Below, in pieces: positions 1-8,761 of a stretch of 64,000 nt of DNA; within the stretch, counting starts at the first letter, position 1; each line of letters starts with the position of its first letter. Where the stretch lies: positions 124,001-188,000 of IMG/VR virus record IMGVR_UViG_3300044632_001003. One strand, given 5' to 3'. Below the pieces are notes generated by a model. It was not told the origin of the DNA and ran no database searches. It saw nothing but the letters and a program-made list of their open reading frames with translations. The position numbers and the translations under genes are program-made.

Positions 1-546
1 AGTACAATCAGAAGCAGACCAAGATTCTTCTTCAGAATAGACTTGCTCAATACATCCACTAATCAACTCAAAAGTATCATCAACCGTTACATCAGTAATA
101 TTAAAGTTGTTTTTAATAAACTGACTCAATGAAGGATATCTCATCCTCATTGTTAGATTATCATCTAACTTAATATCTCTGGTATGATTTGGATTGGTTT
201 GAACTTGGATTTCGTCCAAGTTAATTGACACTGGAACTTGAGTAACTTCATCATCAGGGCAGGTGATTAGAACATCTACTGTCTCACCTACTGACTTTCC
301 TCTGATGTTAAGGAACAGATACTCAATATCAAAAGTAGCCAGGTCTTCTACTTTTACACCTTTTGTCAAAATGCAATTTGAGATAACTGTTTTAATTGCA
401 TTTGTGATTTGCTTATCATCTTGACTTTCCATTGCGATGATAAGAATTTTTTCTTCTTTAACAAGAAATGGTCTATATTTAATTGTTTTTTTAGAAGATG
501 GTAATGTCAACTCATAAGTCGGAGTTGCAATTGTTGGTAAAGGCAT
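1..546 (-). CDS. gp26: Baseplate hub subunit (T4 gp26-like), truncated by the window edge
   Basis: Hand translation from ATG at 546: MPLPTIATPTYELTLPSSKKTIKYRPFLVKEEKILIIAME...FDIEYLFLNIRGKSVGE, open to position 1; TAAATA late promoter upstream. Confidence 0.8.
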   Translation of the reverse strand, partial: MPLPTIATPTYELTLPSSKKTIKYRPFLVKEEKILIIAMESQDDKQITNAIKTVISNCILTKGVKVEDLATFDIEYLFLNIRGKSVGETVDVLITCPDDEVTQVPVSINLDEIQVQTNPNHTRDIKLDDNLTMRMRYPSLSQFIKNNFNITDVTVDDTFELISGCIEQVYSEEESWSASDCT

Positions 547-575
547 AATAACCTATAATATTGTCAGTAATTTAT

Positions 576-1445
576 TTATGAACCAAATCCTGGTGGATAT
601 TGTCCAATTTCTCCAGCAACAAAGTCAGGTTTTTGATTCCAATCAATACTACTCCCAGTAGTTGCCGCACCCTCTCCTCCATAAATTGGATAAGATTGTG
701 ATAATCTAATAGCGTTCGCTTCATCCGCACTCAGTGGTGCGACTTTACCAGATGCATACAGTAAAGATGATTCTCCAGTTTTATTATTATCAACTCCTCT
801 TTTTTGGTCAATGGCAGAAATTGGCCCACAAACATAGCGAGTGAATTCAAAAGTTGCAGATGCAGTCAAAGTTCTAGAGCTATCATATGAAACATTAATA
901 TTACCAACATTAGAGGGGAACATTCCAAAAAATGTGTATTCAATATTTTTACGATAGTCTCTATCAAACTTAACGATTTTTGTCGATTCCATCTTATAGT
1001 ATTCGGGGTATTGCATTCTGATAAAATAATTCTTTCTTCCTTGACTGACAGCATCAGCATTTGTTCCAACTGGATTATGAGATCCGCTTGCAATAAATTC
1101 TGCCCAGTGCTCTAGAAATTTCAATACTTTATAATCACTATCAATATAGAACCCTAAATTAACTTGCCCATAAATTCTACTATGGGCAATCTTTTCTTGA
1201 ATGCCCATGTAGTTTCCTGCAATATTTGCAGTTGCCAAACTTCCATATGGAAGTTCTGCAGAGTAACATAACAATCCAACATCACCGCTTATAAATCTAG
1301 AATCAACACCTCTGTTAGCCAAATAAGATGATAACGCACCATCTTTTGGTGGTGCTCCAAACTTGACTTCATAATGTGAGGTTTGAGCTAGATTTGTTAA
1401 TACTCTTTTAAATTCTGATATTTTTCTTGGTCTAGGTGCTGGCAC
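576..1445 (-). CDS. Baseplate tail-tube initiator / tail-tube-fold protein (gp54-like)
   Basis: 289 aa; position between gp4 and gp26 as in cyanomyoviruses; LLCYSAELP...FYID motifs of the tube-fold family. Confidence 0.6.
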   Translation of the reverse strand: MPAPRPRKISEFKRVLTNLAQTSHYEVKFGAPPKDGALSSYLANRGVDSRFISGDVGLLCYSAELPYGSLATANIAGNYMGIQEKIAHSRIYGQVNLGFYIDSDYKVLKFLEHWAEFIASGSHNPVGTNADAVSQGRKNYFIRMQYPEYYKMESTKIVKFDRDYRKNIEYTFFGMFPSNVGNINVSYDSSRTLTASATFEFTRYVCGPISAIDQKRGVDNNKTGESSLLYASGKVAPLSADEANAIRLSQSYPIYGGEGAATTGSSIDWNQKPDFVAGEIGQYPPGFGS

Positions 1446-1446
1446 T

Positions 1447-1482
1447 CTAAATACCTATATTATGAGTCTTTTAGTTATTTAG
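1447..1482. promoter_or_regulatory. Two oppositely oriented T4-type late promoters
   Basis: CTAAATA on + at 1447-1453 and on - at 1476-1482, between divergent structural genes. Confidence 0.7.
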
Positions 1483-1920
1483 ATGTCTTATAAGGGAAAA
1501 TATCAACCATCTTATCCTGAAAAATACAAAGGAGATCCAACAAATATCATTTATCGTTCCCTCTGGGAAAGAAAATTTATGAAATACTGCGATCTCAATG
1601 AAAATATTTTAGAGTGGGGAAGTGAAGAAATTGCCCTTCCATATCGTTCCCCAATTGACCGCCGCATTCATAGATATTTTCCAGATTTTTATATTAAAGT
1701 AAAAGAATCAAATAATGTTATTAAAAAATATTTGATTGAAATAAAACCCAAAAGACAGACTATTCCCCCACAAAATCCAGGCAGACAAACTAAAACATAC
1801 ATCCGTGAAGCATATGAGTATGCAAAAAATCAATCAAAGTGGGCTGCTGCAAAAGAATTCTGTGCTGACCGTGGGTGGAGTTTTAAAATTATAACAGAAG
1901 ATGAGTTAGGTATTAAATAA
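1483..1920 (+). CDS. gp4: Head completion protein gp4 (TnsA-like nuclease fold)
   Basis: YRSLWERKFMKYCD...WGSEE...YFPDF...IEIKP. Confidence 0.9.
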   Translation: MSYKGKYQPSYPEKYKGDPTNIIYRSLWERKFMKYCDLNENILEWGSEEIALPYRSPIDRRIHRYFPDFYIKVKESNNVIKKYLIEIKPKRQTIPPQNPGRQTKTYIREAYEYAKNQSKWAAAKEFCADRGWSFKIITEDELGIK

Positions 1921-2330
1921 TGCCGAGAAAAACTCTTAAAGACAAACAAGAGAAGCAACAAAAACTTCAACAAAATAAAGCAGTCAAAAATAGGGTTTTG
2001 CCACTTGTAGAAAGTATTAATGGCACTGAAGACCCTGATGATTTGATGCAGGAACTCATGGGACTTTTATCTGAGTCAAGCACTGCACCACAAGTAGGTA
2101 AATACTATACTTTTGTTTATTCGCCAAAAACATCTGGAATTACTTATGATGAATATCCTTTGGTTGCAGTAACTGAAGTTTTAAAATGGGGATTCAAAGG
2201 ATTTAATTTTCACTGGAATGATGGAAGGCAATATACCTGGAAAGAAATCATTGGTGGTGTGTATAATATTCTAGATGAAGAAATAACTGATGTACGAAAG
2301 ATACCTTTTGGAAAAATACGATCTAAATAG
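1920..2330 (+). CDS. gp2: DNA end protector protein gp2-like
   Basis: YTFVYSPKT...YDEYPLV...GFKGFNFHW; follows gp4. Confidence 0.7.
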   Translation: MPRKTLKDKQEKQQKLQQNKAVKNRVLPLVESINGTEDPDDLMQELMGLLSESSTAPQVGKYYTFVYSPKTSGITYDEYPLVAVTEVLKWGFKGFNFHWNDGRQYTWKEIIGGVYNILDEEITDVRKIPFGKIRSK

Positions 2331-2344
2331 TTAGAAAAAGATAA

Positions 2345-3367
2345 ATGGTAGTTAAGCCCTGGGAAGTCCAACGAAGCTCAACAACAAGTAACCCACCATC
2401 TTCTTCTGCTGGGTCATCTGCCCCAGCTAAGCCAGATAAACAGCAAGCTCAAAAATCCAATAAGAAGACAGCATATAGATATCCATTTGATAGAATTGAT
2501 GATGGTGATGACTACTTATTAATAGAAGTTATTGATTTTGTTCCTGGTGGATTACAAAGACAAGGTGCCGAGTCTTTAGCATTAGTTACAACAGATCAAA
2601 CTCTAGCAAAAAACAAGCAAAAAGTACTTAGTCGAATTATTTTACCTATTCCAGAAGGTGTTGGAGATACCAATAATGCAGACTGGTCAAATAGTAACGT
2701 AAATCCATTTGATGCTACTTTGATTGGAGCATTCAATCAATTTTTGGGACAATCTGCTGGGGGAAATCTTCCAGGTGCTTTTGGTGACATGGCTAAAAAT
2801 CTTGCTGGTTCTGGATCTGCTTTAGCACTATCTGCAGAAGGAGGAAAGGCATTTATGGCATCAATGTCTGCTAAAGCAGCCGCAGCGATAACAGGAAATG
2901 CTAACGCCCAGGGACTAATTAATAGAGCACTTGGTGCAACATTAAACCCAAATAGCCAACTCTTATTTAACAGTGTGGCTCAAAGATCTTTTGGATTTAG
3001 TTGGGACTTAGTTCCAAGGTCTAAAAAGGAATCGGATGAAGTAAAAAATATAATAAGAATATTTAAATCCTACATGTCTGCAAGAAAAGGTGCTCAGGCT
3101 CAACCAGGTGGTGGATTCTTTATTGGGTCTCCAAGTGTATTCCAATTAACTTACATGACAGGTCAAAAACCACATGCATTTTTGAACCAGTTCAAACCAA
3201 TGGCATTAACTGGGATGTCAGTTAATTATACAGGATCTGGAACTTATGCAACATATGGTGATTCAACACCAGTTCATATGCAATTAACACTTAATATGAG
3301 CGAACTTACACCAATTTATGCTGAAGATTATGATACAAAAGAAGGAAAAGATGGAGTAGGATACTAA
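2345..3367 (+). CDS. gp48: Baseplate tail tube cap gp48
   Basis: NPNSQLLF..V..RSFGFSWDLVPRSKKES...P.VFQLTY; synteny. Confidence 0.85.
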   Translation: MVVKPWEVQRSSTTSNPPSSSAGSSAPAKPDKQQAQKSNKKTAYRYPFDRIDDGDDYLLIEVIDFVPGGLQRQGAESLALVTTDQTLAKNKQKVLSRIILPIPEGVGDTNNADWSNSNVNPFDATLIGAFNQFLGQSAGGNLPGAFGDMAKNLAGSGSALALSAEGGKAFMASMSAKAAAAITGNANAQGLINRALGATLNPNSQLLFNSVAQRSFGFSWDLVPRSKKESDEVKNIIRIFKSYMSARKGAQAQPGGGFFIGSPSVFQLTYMTGQKPHAFLNQFKPMALTGMSVNYTGSGTYATYGDSTPVHMQLTLNMSELTPIYAEDYDTKEGKDGVGY

Positions 3368-3368
3368 G

Positions 3369-4025
3369 ATGGCATACTTTAGAGAACTACCAGATTTAGA
3401 ATATCAATCACCATTCTCGGATAGAAACTCTTCATTAGATTATGTAAGGGCAAAAAATATCTTTAGAAGAGTAAAAATCAGAGACGACTTACAGAAAGTT
3501 TTTACAATATTCAACAAATATACCATTTCTGATGGTGCAAGACCTGATACAGTTGCAGAGGCACTATATGGAAAGTCAGAATTTGACTGGGTTGTACTCA
3601 TCAGTGCTGGGATAGTTAATGTAAGAGATGAGTGGCCACTCTCAAACTATGATTTGTACAATTACAGTTATGAAAAATATGGAGATAATCTCAATGACAC
3701 TAAATTTTATGAAACAATAGAAGTCAGAGATCCTAATGGAAGATTAATTCTCCCTGCTGGAAAAGTTGTTGATGCTAACTTTACAATTCCAGACCCAGCG
3801 AATAAAGTTCAAAATTTACAACAATCTAAAGTTGTTGTAGCAATTAATAATTATGAATATGAAGTTCGTAAGAATGAGGCAAAAAGAAACATTTATGTAT
3901 TAAAATCAGAATACTTACCAAGTTTCTTAACTGATATTAGAAAGATTATGACATATACAGAATCATCTCAATTTATTGATTCTAAGTTAATTAAGGCATC
4001 TAATACTAGAATCAAGTCACCATAA
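3369..4025 (+). CDS. gp53: Baseplate wedge subunit gp53
   Basis: MAYFRELPDLEY...RPDTVAEALYGKSEFDWVVL. Confidence 0.9.
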   Translation: MAYFRELPDLEYQSPFSDRNSSLDYVRAKNIFRRVKIRDDLQKVFTIFNKYTISDGARPDTVAEALYGKSEFDWVVLISAGIVNVRDEWPLSNYDLYNYSYEKYGDNLNDTKFYETIEVRDPNGRLILPAGKVVDANFTIPDPANKVQNLQQSKVVVAINNYEYEVRKNEAKRNIYVLKSEYLPSFLTDIRKIMTYTESSQFIDSKLIKASNTRIKSP

Positions 4026-4045
4026 AAAAGGGGGCATATGCCCCC
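4024..4045. terminator. Intrinsic terminator between convergent gp53 and gp32
   Basis: GGGGG-CATATG-CCCCC palindrome with T6 run on the - strand. Confidence 0.85.
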
Positions 4046-4051
4046 AGTGTA

Positions 4052-4975
4052 TCAGTCTTCGGCAAGACGGGCGAAGTAGGACAGAGCATCATCATCCTCA
4101 TCTTCTTCAACCGCAGCAGCACGACGGGTGGGTTGAAGATTGTTGAGTTCAGTACGAAGATCCTCAGTTAGTTCGCGGGTCGAACCACGGGTGTTGTCCT
4201 CATCAAGATCTTCGGGGTCCTGATAACGAGGAGTACCTTTGGAACCAAGCACATAGTCAAGACGCTTCTTCAGTTCATCATAGGTCTTGAATTGGTCGGC
4301 AGCAACGAGTTCGGCAAGCGAATACTGCTTCTTCCACACTGCTTCCATTGCATCATCATCGTCCAGCAGAGGAGCAGCAGCAGCAAACTCACTAGAATCA
4401 TAGTTACGATAACCAGCAACGTTCTTCGCCTTCAGTTTGAAGTTGGCACCTTGCCAGAAGTCAAACGGATCGATTGCTTCCTCATCTTCAAACTCGGGTT
4501 GCATCGCAGCAGTCAGTTTGTCGAAGATCTTTTTACCGAACTTGAACAGGAAGACCTTACCTTCGTTCGCAGGGTTGGCAGGATCTTTCACAACGTAAAT
4601 GTTGCTCACATAAGTCAGTTTGCGCTTCTGCTTACGTGCCAGTTCCTTACCAGCATCAGTACCATTGTTCCACAGTTCAGAGTTGTACTCAGACACTGGA
4701 TCCTTCTGACCCAGAGTAGTCAGAGAGTTCTCAATATACCAACCACCAGGACCTTGGAATGCGTGACTGTAGAGTTTCACGAACGGAAGGTCCTCACCGT
4801 TCGGAGCAGGGAGGAAACGGATTACGGCATAACCATTGCCGCTCTTATCTACATCCAGTTTCCAGATGCGGTCATCACTAGAACCGCTACCAGTATTCAT
4901 TTTTTCAACTTCTTTGACCAGTTTAGCGGTCAGAGAGCCCAATTTAGATTGCTTCTTAAGGTCAGCAAAAGACAT
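4052..4975 (-). CDS. gp32: Single-stranded DNA-binding protein gp32
   Basis: GNGYAVIRFLPAP...YSHAFQGPGGWYIENSLTTLG; acidic tail. Confidence 0.97.
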   Translation of the reverse strand: MSFADLKKQSKLGSLTAKLVKEVEKMNTGSGSSDDRIWKLDVDKSGNGYAVIRFLPAPNGEDLPFVKLYSHAFQGPGGWYIENSLTTLGQKDPVSEYNSELWNNGTDAGKELARKQKRKLTYVSNIYVVKDPANPANEGKVFLFKFGKKIFDKLTAAMQPEFEDEEAIDPFDFWQGANFKLKAKNVAGYRNYDSSEFAAAAPLLDDDDAMEAVWKKQYSLAELVAADQFKTYDELKKRLDYVLGSKGTPRYQDPEDLDEDNTRGSTRELTEDLRTELNNLQPTRRAAAVEEDEDDDALSYFARLAED

Positions 4976-5037
4976 TTGGATTACCTCGGATAGTTTGGAT
5001 TCGGGGGATTTACTTGGATATTATAGCGAAGATTGAA

Positions 5038-5370
5038 TCACCTGTCAATGAATTGTTTGAGGGATTCAATGGTCTTATTCATACTACTGAACAGTACTTG
5101 CATATCAGTCTCTGGTGGAAAACCCATCAATGCGACTGATTTGCGTAGGTTCTCTTTCATCTCAACCGCTTGTGGATCATCTGAAAGAGACAGTCTAGTA
5201 TACATCACTCTCTGCTTTTCTAGCAAGAGTTCTAACTTTTCAATGTGTTCCAGTTTGGTCTCACGGGGCATCATACCAAAAGTGAGAATACTTCCGTATA
5301 TCTCCTCTTGTAACTTATTGATTTCTTTCAGTTCATCTTGAATAATATCGGAGTCAAAAAAGTTACTCAT
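5038..5370 (-). CDS. Conserved cyanophage protein (DUF1825-like)
   Basis: FFDSDIIQDEL...LLEKQRVMYTRLSLSDDP; usual position between gp59 and gp32. Confidence 0.75.
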   Translation of the reverse strand: MSNFFDSDIIQDELKEINKLQEEIYGSILTFGMMPRETKLEHIEKLELLLEKQRVMYTRLSLSDDPQAVEMKENLRKSVALMGFPPETDMQVLFSSMNKTIESLKQFIDR

Positions 5371-5422
5371 CTATGATTTCCCTTAAAATCTTCTTGTACT
5401 GGAATACGTCAATATTTATGAA
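5363..5422 (-). pseudogene. Stranded original 3' end of gp59
   Basis: Translates FINIDVFQYKKILREIIDE*, versus FLQIDIFNYKKILREIIS* at the end of the current gp59 ORF; overlaps the ATG of the next gene. Confidence 0.85.
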
Positions 5423-5721
5423 TTATTCTTTAATGCTCTTTTTCTTTCTCTTGCCCGTTCCTTACGGTTTTCCCTATCTTTTTGATTTTCCCAATATCTC
5501 TTTTTCTCCCTAGCTCGTCTAGCTAAAACTTGCTCCTCAGTCAAACCTTTTGCCCATCTCTTCTTTTCATAATCTGGATTTTTATCTCTCCACTTTTTTC
5601 TAGATTGTTCTTTTTGAACCTCTCTAGATGGAAAATTTTCCCAATTTTCGTCCTTTATATCTTCTATAAAATCAGGACCATCAATATTAAGAGCAAGATT
5701 AATACTCGATACATTTAACAT
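5416..5721 (-). CDS. Small protein with a highly basic helical C-terminus, possibly a degenerate homing-element protein
   Basis: 101 aa, K/R/E-rich second half; CTAAATA late promoter at 5744-5750. Confidence 0.65.
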   Translation of the reverse strand: MLNVSSINLALNIDGPDFIEDIKDENWENFPSREVQKEQSRKKWRDKNPDYEKKRWAKGLTEEQVLARRAREKKRYWENQKDRENRKERARERKRALKNNS

Positions 5722-5730
5722 ATTCTTTTA

Positions 5731-5797
5731 GTAGGGGTAATATTATTTAGGCGGGACTTACGCAAGTCAAATACCCCTACCCGACTTTGCTGCCCGC
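5731..5797 (-). other. GC-rich structured leader
   Basis: GTAGGGGTA/TACCCCTAC (5731-39/5772-80), GACTT/AAGTC hairpin (5755-68), GCGGG/CCCGC (5751-55/5793-97). Confidence 0.6.
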
Positions 5798-5800
5798 ACT

Positions 5801-6394
5801 CTATGAAATTATTTCTCTAAGAATTTTTTTATAGTTAAAAATATCTATTTGAAGAAATGGTGAATATTTTTTAATTTTAAGAGAAACACACTCCCACACT
5901 GGGTCCAAAAGTTTTTCATCAAACGTCTTCCCGAACAGGAATATTTTATCATATATGACCAGTGTTTCAAGGCTAATCTTCCCGCTCAGGAATTTTTTTA
6001 GAACGGGTGGATGTCCTTTGGAACAATTCAACGCATCCTCTAATTTTGTTTCCGAGAACAATTCGTTGCTTTGCTCTTTGAACAAGTAAGTCAAACTCTG
6101 CTGTCGTCTCATCCATTCTTGATATGTTCTTTCTCCTTCGTTTATTAAAGAACCAATCCATAAATTACTCGGGTTGTCTGCTTCTACAAAGTTTGATACT
6201 AAGAAATCTACGACTTCTTTATCAGAATATTTGCGACTTGTCTTCTCGAACCAGTATTTGTCCTTGCGTTTGTTGAAGGATGTCATACTGGCACGGGTCT
6301 TCGCACCATATTTAAAGAAATCGTATTTTGGGTTTGTGAAATGATTTTTAAGTGACAAATAATGTTGATAAGTTTCAAAGGGTGTCACGATCAT
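5801..6394 (-). CDS. gp59: Helicase loader gp59
   Basis: PFETYQHYLSLKNHF...YDFFKYG...FNKRKDKYWFEK. Confidence 0.9.
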   Translation of the reverse strand: MIVTPFETYQHYLSLKNHFTNPKYDFFKYGAKTRASMTSFNKRKDKYWFEKTSRKYSDKEVVDFLVSNFVEADNPSNLWIGSLINEGERTYQEWMRRQQSLTYLFKEQSNELFSETKLEDALNCSKGHPPVLKKFLSGKISLETLVIYDKIFLFGKTFDEKLLDPVWECVSLKIKKYSPFLQIDIFNYKKILREIIS

Positions 6395-6651
6395 AAAGGC
6401 AATCTTGCTCTTGATGTTTTCTTCATAAAGTTAAGACGAGTGGCATCCCACTTGAGTCTTTCTTTTAAAGGTTTTGAAATGAGTTTCGTAACTGATTCTA
6501 CCTCAAGACTATTGACTTCGCAATAGTGACAAATAGCATCAATATAATTCAGATTTTCTTCAGCAACAATTTTCTCAATCTCAAGAGCAAACTTGGAAGG
6601 GGTTAAAAATTTACTTTCTATTGCCTGTTCTAATTCTTTATTTGGTTCCAT
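6391..6651 (-). CDS. gp33: Late transcription coactivator gp33
   Basis: KFALEIEKIV...NYIDAICHYCE...KPLKERL; likely start MEPNKE at 6651 (ORF track extends to 6756). Confidence 0.9.
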   Translation of the reverse strand: MEPNKELEQAIESKFLTPSKFALEIEKIVAEENLNYIDAICHYCEVNSLEVESVTKLISKPLKERLKWDATRLNFMKKTSRARLPL

Positions 6652-7318
6652 AGAGTTCCAGTTTATCTCTAACAAACTTTCTAATGTATTCTGTGAGAAG
6701 TTTGATGTATTTTGATTTGTCTCGTTCTTCATAGACGACGCATTCTCCATTTTCACAAGCCATAATGATTACAAGTTTTTTGACTGAAATACCAGTCAGT
6801 TCGTAGAGCATACAACCATATGCCATACACTGAACAAAATAATGTTCAATCCACTCGCGTGGTTTTGGTTTTTTAGAAGTCTTAAAGTCGATTATCGCTA
6901 ACTCGCCGTCATATTCGGCAATACAATCAACTGTCCCAGCAATGCCTAGTTGCTTACTATATAGGGACCCTTCAAGGGCGTAAATATTATTTATACGATT
7001 TAAATCAGTTTTTGCAATCTTAAAAAGAAAATCAGAGATTGGTTGAACTTCTGGTAGTTCTTCATTTTTGAGATGATGTTCCACAAGAAGGTGCATATCA
7101 GTTCCACGACTTGTTGCCGCTTTTGTGACACGCTCTGCTTCTTCTTCACCAACTTTTTTACGCCACTTAATAAAGATTTCTTTATTAAAATGACTGGTCA
7201 CCGAAGTGATGGAGACCAGTCGTACAAGTTCTTCTTCGTCAGGAACTTTATAATAACGAACACCATCTATAGTCTCCCTTTCAAGTTCAGGGAGCGTCAC
7301 ATCAACATGTTTGAACAT
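6638..7318 (-). CDS. Cas4-like PD-(D/E)XK exonuclease
   Basis: SITSVTS...RGTDMH...AGTVDCIAEYDGELAIIDFKTS...QCMAY. Confidence 0.9.
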   Translation of the reverse strand: MFKHVDVTLPELERETIDGVRYYKVPDEEELVRLVSITSVTSHFNKEIFIKWRKKVGEEEAERVTKAATSRGTDMHLLVEHHLKNEELPEVQPISDFLFKIAKTDLNRINNIYALEGSLYSKQLGIAGTVDCIAEYDGELAIIDFKTSKKPKPREWIEHYFVQCMAYGCMLYELTGISVKKLVIIMACENGECVVYEERDKSKYIKLLTEYIRKFVRDKLELYGTK

Positions 7319-8076
7319 TACATACCTGCTTCCATTTTTGCGATGATGTATTCTTTAACAAGTCCAGAACGAACAATATCTTCTACACCAAATTCAATTA
7401 TATCAAAAGAAGGCATTTTACGCAAGATGTTCATAAAATCTACAATACCATTACGTTCATTTGTTTTTTGCAAGTCTGATTGAGTAGCATCACCACAGAA
7501 ACAAATTTTGGTATTTTCACCCACACGAGTAATAATAGAATCGAGTTCGTGGAAGTTTAGATTTTGGAATTCATCAACAATGACGATAGCATTATCAAGA
7601 GTTGTTCCACGGAGGAATGAAGTGCTCCAGAACTTAATAGTTTCTTGTGACTTCAAATTGCCATAGAGCATTTCAAAGTCAGCATCAGAAGGCATCTGGA
7701 ACATATACTTCACCATATTCTTATAAGGAATCTGGTAAATGTCTGCTTTATCTTCATGAGATCCAGGAAGGAATCCAATCTCACGAGTTGCTACAAGAGA
7801 ACGAACGATATAAACTTTTTCATAAGGGGTTCTTTCATCAAGAACATCCATTAAAGCATTATAAAGAGTAATAAAAGTTTTACCAGTTCCAGCACATCCA
7901 TAAGCAACTAAATGCTTTTCATCTTGATAGGAATCAAAAAACTTTTTCTGATTATCTGTAATTGGTTCAATATCGACCAAGTAATCAGAACTTAGAGGCT
8001 TTCTCCTCTTCATTTGCTTTGCAGTCAAACCAACACCAATAGGTTGGATGTCATTGCCTCTTTTTCTTCTTGCCAT
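7318..8076 (-). CDS. phoH: PhoH family ATPase
   Basis: GCAGTGKT, IGFLPG, FLRGTT, IVDEFQN, GDATQSDL. Confidence 0.95.
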   Translation of the reverse strand: MARRKRGNDIQPIGVGLTAKQMKRRKPLSSDYLVDIEPITDNQKKFFDSYQDEKHLVAYGCAGTGKTFITLYNALMDVLDERTPYEKVYIVRSLVATREIGFLPGSHEDKADIYQIPYKNMVKYMFQMPSDADFEMLYGNLKSQETIKFWSTSFLRGTTLDNAIVIVDEFQNLNFHELDSIITRVGENTKICFCGDATQSDLQKTNERNGIVDFMNILRKMPSFDIIEFGVEDIVRSGLVKEYIIAKMEAGM

Positions 8077-8324
8077 TAGAGTTTCTTTACAGTAGAACCA
8101 GGAGCTTTTGCTGCTTTTGCAAGCACATCATTCCATCCAGGATTGCGATTGATAAGTTTGTCCCTCCACTCACCAACTTCTCCAGCGCCAGGACAAGTTG
8201 ATGGGTCAGACCAATCTCTGTCCCAATCTGGATTATCTTTTTTCCACTGGTCCCAGGCGTGGATACTCATTTCCACTTCTTTCTGTTCGCCAGTGGTTTT
8301 GTTAATAACAGGATAAGTCGCCAT
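8076..8324 (-). CDS. Conserved cyanophage hypothetical protein
   Basis: MATYPVINKTTGEQKEV...WNDVLAKAAKAPGS, typical gene upstream of phoH. Confidence 0.8.
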   Translation of the reverse strand: MATYPVINKTTGEQKEVEMSIHAWDQWKKDNPDWDRDWSDPSTCPGAGEVGEWRDKLINRNPGWNDVLAKAAKAPGSTVKKL

Positions 8325-8364
8325 AAAGTTACGAAATCAAGATAATTTATTTAGAATGAAAGTT

Positions 8365-8739
8365 TTACTCTTCTACTGTTTCCACATCAACAACTTCTTG
8401 AGATTCCCAAGGTAAAGTATCATACTTTTCGGTTGTTGATGCTGATTTTTGAGCATCAATTATAGAAGATAATCTGAATTGCTTATTCGCAATCTCTTCT
8501 TCCCCAATTAAAGTCTCAACCCAAGAAATAATTTGTTCCTCAGTTAAATCAGAATACTCAGTAAAATCATCTTCAGCAGCTGAAGGCAATTCTAGAGTAC
8601 CTCTTTCATCAGCAGTAAAAGTAGTTTCATTCACTTTTTCTGTAGCAGTGTAAATCCATTCTACAGAACTAACTGCACCAGATAATCCTGCAGTATTATA
8701 ATTCAATGCATGAATTTTCCAAGAATATTTGACAGACAT
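8365..8739 (-). CDS. Acidic hypothetical protein resembling tail-fibre-associated proteins
   Basis: YSWKI...VEW.YTA...FTEYSDLTEEQIISWV...LPW; own TAAATA promoter. Confidence 0.6.
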   Translation of the reverse strand: MSVKYSWKIHALNYNTAGLSGAVSSVEWIYTATEKVNETTFTADERGTLELPSAAEDDFTEYSDLTEEQIISWVETLIGEEEIANKQFRLSSIIDAQKSASTTEKYDTLPWESQEVVDVETVEE

Positions 8740-8761
8740 CTTTGAACATTTAAGAGTAAAA

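Larger units (their letters stand above)
5416..5890 (-). mobile_element. Insertion in the gp59 3' end (recoded gp59 tail + structured leader + small basic ORF)
   Basis: Duplicated gp59 C-terminus on both sides; abrupt switch to AT-rich codons near 5890. Confidence 0.6.

Noticed and set aside
4292-4993. 233-aa + strand ORF opposite gp32 (also the long antisense ORFs over psbD and psbA)
   Set aside because: Shadow ORFs of strongly codon-biased genes; no motifs, RBS or independent context
5731-5797. HDV-like/theta ribozyme
   Set aside because: Stem order resembles the nested pseudoknot, but P1.1 and P4 are not evident and CTAA is better explained as part of the late promoter
5416-5890. Group I intron in gp59
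   Set aside because: Non-coding part is only ~80 nt with no P3-P7 core or terminal G at the junction; gp59 already has a complete replacement end
6638-7318. Cas4-like gene as evidence of CRISPR
   Set aside because: Core T4-like cyanophage exonuclease; no repeat-spacer array or other cas genes; the collagen repeats lack unique spacers
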